Shown here piece by piece: positions 45,100-57,600 of a stretch of 64,000 nucleotides of DNA. The stretch is from Raillietiella orientalis (lineage: Eukaryota): NCBI GenBank assembly GCA_036172245.1, contig JAYWIR010000022.1, forward strand, positions 1 through 64,000, in the 5' to 3' direction. The translations under genes were made by a program, and so were the position numbers. Under the pieces are notes generated by a model. The model did no database searches. It had not been told where the DNA came from and saw nothing but the letters and a program-made list of their open reading frames with translations. The first letter of the stretch is position 1. Every line of letters starts with the position of its first letter.

Positions 45100-46490
45100 C
45101 ACGATTGATCCTCGACGGTACCCCGATAAGATATCAAGCCAGTCCTGAGAAAGCAAGAGAATATTTCACTAAAATCTTCGCCGCTAAGCCAGGCTTCCAT
45201 CCCGTATCCTGGGACCCCGTGAGTGGTTCGATTGAAGAACAAATTAATATGTCCCCCATTGACCCTCGCGAAATCGTCAGCTGCTTGCAGCAATGCGAAG
45301 ACTGCCCCTGGCGCGGACGGAATCCCATACTCCGCGTTTCGACGCATAGATCCCGAATGTCGCTTTCTTAAAGCAATATTCAATATTTGCCGAGCACATA
45401 GATGCATACCTCCAGAATGGAAGGAATCCAGAACGCTGATCCCTAAAGCTCAAGCCGAACAGTCCGAAGACTTATCAGTTTCGCCCCATTGCAGTCAGCC
45501 GAACAATCGGCAAAATATTTTCAAAATGCCTCGCCTACAGGTTACGTGATTGGATTACTCTCAATCACATCCTTGGCCGGCATCAAAATGGCTTTCTCCC
45601 GTATGATGGTGTGTTGGAACACAACTTTATGCTCCGGCATCTGATGGACGTTTGCATCTATATCGCACTCACAATTATTGAGCACCCTTCAGAGTGCTAA
45701 CGCTGGCGATGGCTTTATTGAGCTCATCTGCCACATGTACTCCGAAAACACCACCCAGGTCCTCACGACCAAAAGGCTAACACCACCTATCCCTGTGGCG
45801 AGGGGAGCCAAGCAAGGGTGTCCACTATCAGGGCTTTTATTTAATATTACTTTAGAGCCTCTTTGCGTGTGCATTAAGCACCAGATCCCTGGAGCCAGAA
45901 TCCTGGTTTACGCGGATGACTTGGTCATCCTAGCGAAAGATGTCACCACCTTCCAGAAAGCACTTGATTGCGCAAGTGCAATGGCCTTAAGACTTGGGCT
46001 ATCGATGAATGCCAGAAAATGCGCATCATTCCAATACGATCCGCAGACCCCACGAACCATAGGTACTCAACGATTCCGAGTGGCAGGTGAGCTCATGCCT
46101 GCCCTCACGGACGTTGGTACTTACAGCTACTTGGGGAAACCCGTCGGGTTTGATGCGATACATAGCGATGCTTTAGACACAGACATCCTTTCCAGTGTCG
46201 TAAGTTTTAGAGGCGCCTTTAGCACCCTGGCAAAAAATTGACGCCTTAAAAACTTATTTTTCCATCCTTTACGTACGCTTTGCTTATGGGCTCTAAACCC
46301 AAAACTTTTTGGAGCGGGCTCGATAACATCATCAAGAAGGCCTTAAAGGAAGAAATACTTCCTCTTACACAAGCCTCATCCACAGAGTACCTGTATGGTA
46401 CCTTGGCTGGAGGTAGTTTAGGTCTATTGCTACTCGCGGAGGAAGCCGACATAATGGCAATTGAGCGCCAACTTAGAATACAAGTTACAT
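45100..46490 (+). mobile_element. RT fragment of an R2-superfamily (RLE-type, NeSL/Utopia-like) non-LTR retrotransposon, frameshifted
   Basis: APGADGIPY, IPPEWKESRT, GFLPYDGVLEHNF, GAKQGCPLSGLLFN, YADDLV, YLGKPVGF, LAPWQKIDALKT. Confidence 0.85.
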
Positions 46491-46897
46491 TGTGCGACAG
46501 ATCCAGCAAGCCGAACAAGTGACACTTCGATCAAGACACCACAAATAGTAGTATGGAGTAAATGGTCCACCATCCTCCCCTTCATTTTCCTCCCTTCCTT
46601 TCCCCGACCTCTCAGTACCTCGCATATTCCAGATAACCTTTGCCCGATAGGAAAGATACGGAAAGACAAAGACAAAAGGTTTACAATGAATAAAAGAGGA
46701 ATAAAAGAGGCGCATCTCGCGCTTCTCGAATTCCCAAGGACTAAATTCATTAGCTCTGAGAAAGCATTCTCTCGAGTTAGGTGCTAAGGTGCCGAAGTGC
46801 GAGCTATAAAGCGTTAATAGCACGGACCACCTATTAGTCCTTTAAGATATGACCGAATATAAAGGTTAATGCTGTTCCGACTTACGGCGTTATAGAG

Positions 46898-47784
46898 ATG
46901 GAAGACGCCCCAGTTGCTACGAAGAGGCAACGAGTAAGCGAGGACGCCGGAGCGGAAGTCCCGAGCGCAATCCCTTACATTAGCGCGACAACCAGGATAA
47001 CTTCGTACTCGGCCCCAAGAGCGCAGTACGAGAGTGATTAACTCAGAAAAGGCAGCGAAACAGATAATAGGGCCCAATCCTATCGGTATGCCCGAGGAGA
47101 TCGTACCCCTATGGTCTAATGCCATGCCATTCTTTGCCTTTACATACGATACCCTCATCGGAGTTATGTATGAAGACGGTTCAATATACAGTGAGCTGAT
47201 CACCCAAGAGAGGTTTCTCTTGGTGTGCCGATACCTATATATTTGCCGGATACAAACGGTTTACCAGAAATACACCGGAGTGAGAGTAACGGGACGAATC
47301 CGCTTCCCCTCCGAGTACCGGATGCCTATGTGCATTTCGATCATAATCAATACCTACGGAGTAGTAAATATGAATCAGCCGTAGTGTAGTTTACCAACAA
47401 ACAGAAGAGCCACTGGCCGATAAAGAGCAGGAAGAAGCCCTGCAGCTCAAGAATAAAGATCTAAAGGACTTTACCCTTTTCGTGAAGACTTTAGAGTTGC
47501 GGAATATCATTCGAACACGAACTTTGAGTTCGTTAATGAATGGTACGCCCGCCTGGCTTCTTGGTGCTTGGCGATTAATGGACAAGGCGACCAATGCGAA
47601 TGTAAGCACTCGCTCGATCACTGTCGTTTGCTCCCACCCAGACTTCGCCCCAATAGACGCTTTTCTTAGTGCCCTTATGGTGAATCAACAGCCTGGAACT
47701 CTATTCAACAGCCTTATTCAATGTGAATTCAATACGATCGGGGAAATGATTAGTATAAGAACACAATTTGTAATAAATGCTTGA
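46898..47784 (+). pseudogene. Endogenous viral element: probable partiti-like (dsRNA) virus capsid gene with two frameshifts
   Basis: MEDAPVATKRQR start; FLLVCRYL..RI..VY...G.R..GRI; LSSLMNGTPAWLL; FAPIDAFLSALM; resembles invertebrate partiti-like capsids as recalled. Confidence 0.55.
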
Positions 47785-49466
47785 AAAGAGAGACACCCAT
47801 TTATTCAACTCTCAGTTACCTGAGGTGAAAGAGATGGTTTCTGAAGTAGTTCAGATACATGATAGTGTGAAGTTTATGAGTGTGAGAAGTGTTCTTGATG
47901 TGTTCATGAAGTCTTTAAACTTCTTCATTGTTTTGACAGTTGTAAACGCAAAAGAAAAATAAGTTTATCCCACTGCAAGGACTAGAGAAAACCTGGAGAC
48001 CCATACAAAGATTCCTTATACTGTGGAAACTATTCTGGTCAGCACTATCCAAGGTACAAAGCCAACAGCCGATTTCTACACATGCAATTCAGGTTAAATA
48101 GCTAGAAGCAAGGCATACATGGAGAACTGGAATACCAACCGGCTGAAACTACGAAGAAACCAAAAGGGGAAGCAGACAAAATATAGTGCATGACTAGGTT
48201 TCCGGAGAAACAAGATTGCAAAAACAAATACCTTCCACGTAATGAATAGGAAAATAAGCGCTGAAAACTATTATAAGAAAGCTTGCAAAAGAAACACACC
48301 GCAAGGGAGATTCGACTTTTCAACTGTCGAATAAGATAATTTCCACGGCAATACTTGCTTCGGTTGCTCGGCTTAAATCCTGTATTAGAAGAGAAGCTTC
48401 ACGCAAGCATGAAAACATGAACCCTACTCATTTCTTTGTGCTGAAATCTGCTTGCATGACATGCTTGAATGGAAGCATTGAATGGAAACCATTTTTAAGC
48501 ATATATCTGCGAGCCTACATGAAATTGCAAGCAATATCTACAGGTCTTTCCACGAGAGATCATTGCATGTTTCTGGTGAGAAGGGATAATACTTATACAA
48601 AAAATTTGCTGGTTTGGAAAAATGCTTTATCATGGACTTCAGAATCATTCATTCTAGAAAACGAAAAATTGGGCGCGTTTCCTTTACAAATTAAATTACA
48701 TACCGAGCATGTCCATACTGCACCCAATATAAGGATCAACGCAATGTCGTTATTATTGATTACATGACATAAGTTGATGTTCGATCGGTGGTACATAAAA
48801 TGTTCATCATTAAGTGCCAATTCGCATAACCCATTGTTCCTAATTGGGCAATATATAACATGGTTACTTATTAAGAACCATCATCTCTCAGGTCAGTACT
48901 GCATCTTACAAAACTTTCTACCTTCCCCCCTCCATATATACCAAGACAGAATTTGGAGAACACCAACCTTCAAGCATTGCACTCCATACCTAATGATTGA
49001 ACTATGAAAATCTATGCCTAAAACAAGTCCATCAAAATTATCATTTCTGGTGGTTGCATCGTTTTCTTGTTTTGCTATTTTCCCAAAGTTTCCATTAATA
49101 TTTGCCATATCACATACTCCGATTCCAATACTGTTACAGTATAAAAATTGTAGTTGCAAGAAAATGCTATTTGAATTTAATAAAAAGAACTGTTGATCTT
49201 TCAAAACAGAAAACAGAAAACGAATTCCATTATTTGTTGAATGAAACTACATTTCCTGTGTGCTTACATGCAAAACCAGCAATGGAATATAAAGAAACAA
49301 GTGCTTTTCGATAATTATTAAACACCATGCACTCAAAAAGTAGAATTATGCCATGTCTTCAGTGAATAATGGGACTTATAAATTTGCACGCCTTTTTCCT
49401 AGCAATTACACTGCTACCTCTTTATGGAAAATTAGAATTAGAATTCATTACAATAAATTACAATTA

Positions 49467-50685
49467 GAATCTGATATGGAAACTAACTACGACGGCTTGT
49501 CCGCATTGTTACCAGATCTCGATGGAAACATCGAGGTTGGGTTAACTACTGGCACAGACATTGAGCTACCGGAAGACTGGAAATTGCCAGTATACCTCCC
49601 ATCGGACGCCCGAGTGACAATCAAGAATGCGACCGCTTCAGCCGTAGGATGGCTGCATAATACCAAGGCTTGGAAGGATACGGTGCTCACTTTGATGAAA
49701 AATGGCATCTACACGTTGTTTACGTATGACCTTATTCGTTACCGCAAAGTGAATGATACCTTAGTACCTGACGGAGACTGGAAGGAATCAGAGAAAAGGT
49801 ACGAGATGAGCAACCCACAACGTGTGGAGGGACTTGCGCTGATGAATAAGCAGACCACAGTCAACTGCATGGTGTTAGTGGTAGCCACCAACGTCTTCTG
49901 GTGGCTAACTAATCACCACGTTGGTGTTAGAAGGGACCAGACCAAAGGTGCAGGGTTCCCATTAAAAGTTTGGAAGGCCCTCTTCAACAAATTAGCCATT
50001 CCCGAAGACCGAGAAATGGAAACTGCACATAAACTCGGTCACTACTGTAGCATGTTGGGAACACAACGAGATCGTACCCAATCAACACGGTAGTACCTCC
50101 GTCACAAGTTATGACCATCACACAAGATGCAATGATGTGGTTCTTTTCACCTCCAGCTGGAACGCACCGGCACACAGTTGCATTCCAAGCCTTCAAACGA
50201 CTATTAAATTGGACACAAGCCAGTAATTGCCCTTCAATTGCAAACATGGTACTCCTCGGAGTCTTATGCAGAAATTATGCTACGACCTGAACATTATCAT
50301 ATTGGGGCAAGATACATAACTGGGACAGCAAGAGAAGCTTTCAATGATGCGGACGCTGATGTAACATTGGGTCGCCTTGGATTATTTATGACAAACGTAT
50401 ACCCCCGATCGACACTATGCCTGTCACCACACATGGCCTGTGCTGCTATCGAATCAGGAGGGTAATGTTCCAGAGTGGGATGCTTTCTTTGTGAACATTC
50501 CCAAGGAAGTGTCCATTTCAGCTGTCAAGGTAGCACTCACAAGAACACCTTATGAAGTAATAGCAGAATTTAGAACCAGTTTGTATAGAGCCACTATACA
50601 GTTTGAAGAAACTAGACCAGCTCCAATCAACTACCCAGAGGAGCATCCAAGTGAGATTATTCCTGCTGCCGAGCCAAATTTGTAA
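49467..50685 (+). pseudogene. Endogenous viral element: near-complete probable qinvirus-like nucleoprotein, copy 2, about three frameshifts
   Basis: WWLTNHHVG, HKLGHY, PAGTHR..VAF.AFKRL, YHIGARYITG, LGRLG, STLCLSPH across ORFs 49353-50093, 50238-50465 and 50440-50685. Confidence 0.65.
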
Positions 50686-52799
50686 TTTCCCAATTATTAA
50701 GTGCATTAACTATTCAAATGTGATAGCTGGTTGTGATACCTATGTTTGATCTCAAGTGTTATGTTGACAATAAAGCTATTTTTGTTGTATTGGAGATGTT
50801 TTGTATTACTTATGTAACAATGTCATCCCAAACCAATACATGGACAAATTTGCTCAGTCTAATTCTCAATGCTTGCAAATATAACACACACAGAACATTT
50901 CCACATAAATCAAGGGCAGTTCTTCTCCAAATAAATCATACATTATTTTGCAACTGGCTAAAGTTTCACAGTACTTTTATAGTCAAACAGTGAAAGCACA
51001 AAACCCTTTCAAATGCTTTGGGTGTCACACACAACACAAACAGTACAGACAAATTGCACTTACCATGCCAAGGCAAATAACAATAGAGAAAAACAGTTGC
51101 ATCTACCAACCTCAAATCCAGTACAAGACTAAATCTCCAGCAATTCCATAACAAATTCTCACCTTCATTCAATGAAACTGTCAAATTCATGCCTTACCAT
51201 GGGCACAGATACCATTATCTTGCACTCCGCTACAATATGCTTTTGTAGGAGCTTCTTAAGCCATTCCTTATTTTCACTCTATCTAACATTCCACGTTTAA
51301 CTCAGAAATCCATATTACGAAGGCAAAGTTCATTTTTTTGGGTGAAATTGATTGCGATCGACAAAGATAGTGTGCTTCGGCGAAGCTGGGCGACCTTTTT
51401 GGTCCTCAATCTATTTCACCCAACACATGCATAAGTACTTTGTATTCCTAACCAACCTTGCCCGAGACTAGGCAGGTTATCGACTAGTTATTTCGCTAGT
51501 TATCGACTGCAAAAGAATTCTCGTCTGCCGTGATGCTCTTGCTGCGTGTTTTGAGCTACTTGCCGATCAAGCTGCAAATTTCTTTCACAAGCCTTAATCG
51601 CACTGTTCAATACATTTGAACCACACAACATGATGCTGAACTTCTTGCAATTTCCGTTCCGTTGCTGAAATCTTCGAAAGCTGTCGCTAGCACACAGGCA
51701 CGTCGCAACGCTTTGGGCACGTGCAGCACGCACTTCCTGCCGCTTTCGCGTGCGAAGGCTTGCCGCTTTCGTCCGTGCCTTATCTCTGTACGAGAGAACA
51801 AGAAGTTTGAATTAGAACTGCGGGGATGTTTCTACATTGCCAAATTTTCCTGAGAAATAAGAAACAGCAGAGTAAATGAATATGATGTTCATATTATGTT
51901 GGAATCTGGAAACTAATGAAATACAAGACTTCCACTGACCATGCACAGCTATCAGTCAGTTATCCCTATTATTTATGTACATTCTGAACTCTTATATGAT
52001 TCCAGACAGTTTATGACTCATCTGCCTCCGTGGTGCTTCTTGTTCATATTAGAAATTCCTCTCAAATTAGTACATGGATTCTCACGGATCCTCTGAATTC
52101 AGAATCCTCTCTAGCATGGGAAGGAGAATGTGTTGTTTTGAATTTGTCTGTGGATTCTCATTTTCAGTGTTTTTTGTACCCTCAAAGAATTCATGGAGAT
52201 GCAATTTCAATCGCTATTATGGCAATTGATCTCTGTTCCAAATCGCACTTTCTGTACTTTGCTTCCGAAGTGACACCAGCTGCCTTTTTTTGCTCCTCAT
52301 CCTCTCCGATACCGGCATCTCGAAAGGTTCCTTGTTCTCTGCCTGTGGAAACATCCTTGTCCTTCCATTTGTGTTGTGATGTGGGCTTTTTTTTCTCCCT
52401 TTTTTAAGGAATGGCTCGGCGCAATTGAGTGAATATCCAATGAGACTTTCCGAGTACACGAGTTGGAACGGTGATTCTTGCAGGATATTCCTTCTTCTAG
52501 ATGCCTTACTAAAAGACGCAGAATTGCTTGGGTGAATCCAGATCAAGCCAGGAGGTAGCACCAGCAGGAAGGTCACCGCGCAGTTTCCCGCAAGGCACTT
52601 GTGGAAAGTCCTCGACCATGCAGGCGTTCGGTGATGACCGTTAAGAAACTCGGATTAGGTTTTTGCGTACATCGAAAGCGAATTCTTGGGAATTTCCTTA
52701 ACAGGAAAACCGTCGGGTGTCGCATGTGATGATGATGCACGGCTCCCGAGGTGCACTGGATTCCCAAAGAATACATTTCGATATACGCTTTTTCGATGA

Positions 52800-55700
52800 G
52801 CGATGAAGGAAGATAGACCGATACTTTTAAGAACAGTACCACCAGCTTCCCTGCCATTTGCGAATGACAGAGCACAGATGAATGCGTATAGTCAATATGA
52901 GGATGCAATGGTGATGAAAGTAAGCATTGCCAAAGTTCCCAACAAACGAATAAGGCCTTCATCCAGTTATGTCTGGGCACTTATCCCAAAAGGAAAATAC
53001 ACAGACGTGGAAGAGTTCTTCTGAAAGGAAGAAGAGAAGCATAGGGGAAAAAAGGGACAGAAACAGAGGACAACCGAGAAGACTCACTAATTGCAATCAG
53101 CTCCAGGAACTGTTCATAGCAGTCGTGGTTAAGGGACAGGGAATGAATGAATTCATTTTTGGATGGAAAGGGACGAGAAAAACCGGTTCGCTGTTTCATT
53201 TCCACAGCTTCCGCATTACGATGGCGGTCGTTATCTTTTTTGCACGAGCTGGGTCCACCCACGTGTCTTCTCGGTGCAGATGGCAGGAATGCAGATGACC
53301 TCCTGTTTTATCTGGAAAACCTCAGCGAACGGAAGCCCGTGAGGGTGCTGAGGACGCATGATAAAGTCGCAGGCACAGCAGTAGACGAGAAACCGTCTGG
53401 CCAAAAGAATCGACATACTAGTTCATCGGGCGAGCTTTGGATGGAGGAGCGCCGCCGCAACACTCCCTCATATGGAACAGAGGACGTCTTCGTTCTAAGG
53501 GGAAAGCGGCTTCCCCCCCGAGATGTCATGCAGGGCAGCGGAGTCTCCCGCAGCGCCGCAGGATTTTCAGGCCAAGATGGACGACCTGAGCTCAGAAGTG
53601 ACGGAGGCCGCAAAGGAATAGCAGCGGGTCGCTCATTCGAGAATGCGGAGGAGCTGCAGGGGAAGTCGGGAAGAAGTTCTCTCACCGCCGGCGGTGAAAA
53701 TCCTGGACAACCAGATACACAGAACCCCCTCCTTCTTGGTCCTCCCGGATGAGGACTGCAAGAAAAATGAGGATTCCTCGGCCATTCGCGACAGCGACGT
53801 CACTTTGCCGATCACCATCAACAAGGAGGGTGGCGAGTCGCCTCGCCTTGGAAGAGGCGAGTCCCGCAATGGAAGCTGCGAAGAGGCAAGAGAGCTGCAC
53901 CCAAAAAAATATCAGTACAGCGGCTCAGGAAGAAAAGAAACTTGGTGCAGACCGCCAAAGTACCCCAAAGTCGGCAGCAAATGGCTCAGCTGCTGTTGTC
54001 CACACGGAAGACACAGGTCTCATCCTGAAACGTCCACGTATGCAAACATTCTTAAGAGGGAAGGCATCTGGAGTAGCTTTTGCGACGGGAAACCCTCGCA
54101 TTGACCACCAGGAACAGCGTGAGCTCACACAACACATGGCCAGCGACCTTCCACGTAAACAGCGTTAAGTACAACAGGTCGCCATGGTAAAGAACGCTAC
54201 CTCATCAGCCATCATCCTGTAAGTTTACCACAGATGGAGCATCCGCTTCCTGGGCCTCAGGAGGGCGTTGTCCGGTCGTGATGAATGTGTACGGACTACA
54301 CGGAAACAAGGCCTTCTTCCTGGCTCTAGCTCAAGGGCAGGGTGGCATCGGAGTACGTGATCCTCCTTCTGATGACCTGAACATCGACCTCGAGCCGAGG
54401 CGCTACCCATATGTGCAAATAGTCAACATATACTGACGGAAGAGCTCCTCCTCTAGTGGATGCAGTGGGCTCCACGGCGATGACTATGCCCTACACTCTC
54501 ACACCTTTACGAACAGCATGAAGGGGCTCCGGGAACTGTCCATCGAACTCTTGGACCACCCTCCGTCGTGGTTACGGATGCACGTTGCGTCCTCCTTTCT
54601 CAGGGTGACTGGTACGAGCAAAGGGCAGCTCAATTCTTCTGGTGCCAGGCTGGTACGAGCTTCAGCAGAAACGTCAGTGCGTCGTGGAGACCATCGTCTT
54701 CACGGCCTACATTCTGCGCGCGAACGACTGGGATCGTCCCCAGCATGCTTCCTACCTATTCTGAGAGATGAGATACAGCAGCGGGAACCTGAGAGAAAAG
54801 GCGTGTCTGGAGGTGCACGAATAACGCCCTTCGCACTGCGTGTACTGGGAAGAGTGCCCGAGGATGTACCTACACTGGGGCGCGAAGAAGGAGTCGGGAT
54901 GCAGGAGAAGGAAAATCTCTCCATGGACATCTTTCGCATCCACTACCGAGACGCTAACTGCCGAACCTCGGAACAGATGTGGACGCTCTCCACCTTTCCC
55001 GCTCGGAGCCGCTCGAGGCGAGGAATCTGGACGGCGGGGTCAAGCAGCGATTCCTTCGCTGTGGCGAAGCGAGTAGACGCCCAGCAGTCAGCAGAGATGG
55101 AAGCGGAATCCACAAACGAGGAGATCGAAACGGCGTGCCCGTCACCCACTCCCAGCAGTATCCGGTGGCCTACCAGCGATTGTTTTTTTTTTTTTTTTCA
55201 CAGGATTGTCCCCAGTCCGACCAGCGGAGGGGTGAATTTATCTAACAACAACAGGGGTACAATTACAACAGTATCAACAACTCGCACTCATTCGGTTACA
55301 TTCTATTTGTGGATTCTCACAGTTCGCTGTTTTGCACGCGTAGTGTCCTTTTTGGATGCACCGTCTGAGTTGTTTCCTTTGGAGAGGATCACTGGAAGCG
55401 ATTGTTTCGTCAGCTGCTGGTCCTAGTGCAGCGTGAACTGGAAAGACTGCCACCTCCTTCCATAGGAGATGGATGCGGTCACTCCCGAAGGGTTGAATCA
55501 ACCTCCATTGCATCGCCCAGTGGAGGCCGATCTCTGTTCTCGACTCCGATACGAAGTTGATAGCCAAGATTTGGACCAATCGGGTGAGGAAGCTCCTCGA
55601 GTCTCTGGTTTCCCCACGCAGATGTACACCGTTCCAAGCAAGCACATGTGAGATACCTTAAAGTGTGGTTAAGACCTCCCAGGATACAACAGTATCCTGG

Positions 55701-57600
55701 GTAACGGCCGAGTGTTGGGTCTTCGACTGAGTGGATGCGCCATGCTGCTGAAGATCCCCGGGAAGCTGGGCTTCCCAGACAAGTTCCTAACGCACGTAAG
55801 AGTCTGTCTGCAAGAGGCAAAATTTACTATCAAGATCAACGGCCTGGCATCACCGGATACAGAATAGGGAAGAGGATTCCGACATTCTGATCCCTATGCT
55901 CTTCGTTCTCATCACAGACTCAGTGTCGTCCTACGTGACGAAGACGAGTGGTTCAAGGGACTCACCCTTGGAAAGGAGGACATCACCCACTTGGTGTAAG
56001 CTGACCATCTGTTCTTCTCCATGGAGGACGAGCAGGATCAATGGGTGTTTACGAACATCTCAGAGGCCATGGAAACTGGAATAGGTCTTAGGATTAACTC
56101 CCGAAAATCGCACATCATTAAGATTGTCATCCCGGACGTCACGCTTCTACAATCCTGCAGATTCAGGATAGCAACCGAGTCAAAATACCTGAGAGTCCAC
56201 ATCGGAGGCGTTAAAACATCACTGGCATCCCAATGGCAGGACATAGTGTGAAGATTTGCGAAGGGAACGCTAGGCTACCAAAGGACGAACTTCTTCCTGA
56301 AGAAGGAGACCAGCCTATGGAATGCGATGTTCGCACCCAACTTCCTTTTCGGGATGGCCTCATTCAGCACGTCTAAGAAAACAGGCAAACAATTGGTCAA
56401 CGTCTAACAACAGTTGGCATGGAATGGACGAAAACCAAGGATCGGACTAAGGAATGTGAACCGATCACGCCGCGAAGCAGGCATATGCTTCCTGACGCGC
56501 ACCATTCAACTCCAGGATCTGAGGCAGATCATCTGACACGTGGACGCTTGGGAGGACGGGCTCGACCGGAGCACACTCAAGGTGGCTTAACGCAACCCAT
56601 AGGCTTGATGCCTGACCTGTCCGGATCAATAAGATGGTGACGCCTGATAGACCCCACTCGAAAGAGAAAACAAAATTCGGAAAAAAGCAAAAAATCAACA
56701 GATGTCTCTCAAGGGAATTCTAGGTGAAGGAGCTAGCCACAGTCATGCAGCTGTATATCAGCGTGCCGTTGGCCATGCAAAACTGGCTCCAGAGCAGGAA
56801 TAATTCGTCCGTAGCAGAATGTTAGTTACCAGTGGAAATTCTGGAGTTTGGCGAGTGTTCGAGTAGAGGTGGTTCCAGCTGCAAACTTGGATGACCACTG
56901 ATACTCGCAAACTCTGGAAGACCAGAACTCTCAATGAGTCAACCCTCGAGCGCCGGAGGGGCACTTTCAGCAGAAGACCACCGCAGGAGCTGTCTAAACA
57001 ACGTATAGAAGGCTTGCACGAACACCTCTGAACCTTCGGCTCATAGAGGTCGTTCCTTTGAAGATCCAAGCTGCCAGAGATCGAGGACTCTTTCTTGATT
57101 CTGTATCATGGTGGGATCCTCCCGTGCAGCACAATGATTCGAATCGGACCGGAGACCCGGACGACGGGACCTCCTGTATGAAGGGAGGTAACTCCACTTG
57201 TCCCTTTGCAGAACCACTTCCAAAGACTGGAAAGTGATCGAGCAAGCGATGAATCTGCAAAACCGGTCTAGACTGGAGATCTTCAGAGGACTTCTTCAAG
57301 GAAAGGGAGTAGTTCCCTTGTGCAACCCCATGTTAAGGGTTATTCTTGCCTTTTTCATTCGGAGCACCCTCACCAGAAGGAGAGAGTGTGTAGGTACCCA
57401 GCTATCCTAATCCTGATATGACTCCTCCGGGAGGAAATGGGCATTCGTAACTGCGGTAGCGCTTCAACATTGACTCCCAGGTACACCCTACAAAGAATAC
57501 AGGAAGAAGAACAACAAGCCTGGCAAGGCTGAATGCCGTATGCTCAGAGAATAAATTCCTCCCACCCACCCCTTTCGCCCCAGTGCTTCCCTTCCTCCCA
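52800..57600 (+). mobile_element. Old, heavily decayed L1-clade element (boundaries approximate)
   Basis: RT remnants STNEEIETA, WRPISVLDSDTKLIAKIW, GFPDKF, GLRINSRKS, KYLRVHI at 55.1-56.3 kb. Confidence 0.6.
55186..55396 (-). mobile_element. Short poly(A)-tailed retroposed insertion (SINE-like or 5'-truncated LINE end) with an 11-bp TSD
   Basis: T run at 55183-55198; AGCGATTGTTT at 55175-55185 and 55397-55407. Confidence 0.8.

Noticed and set aside
45842..45850. TAATATTAC, the geminivirus-type origin nonanucleotide, near the CRESS Rep
   Set aside because: It lies inside the RT coding sequence (LFNITL) and has no flanking stem; coincidental
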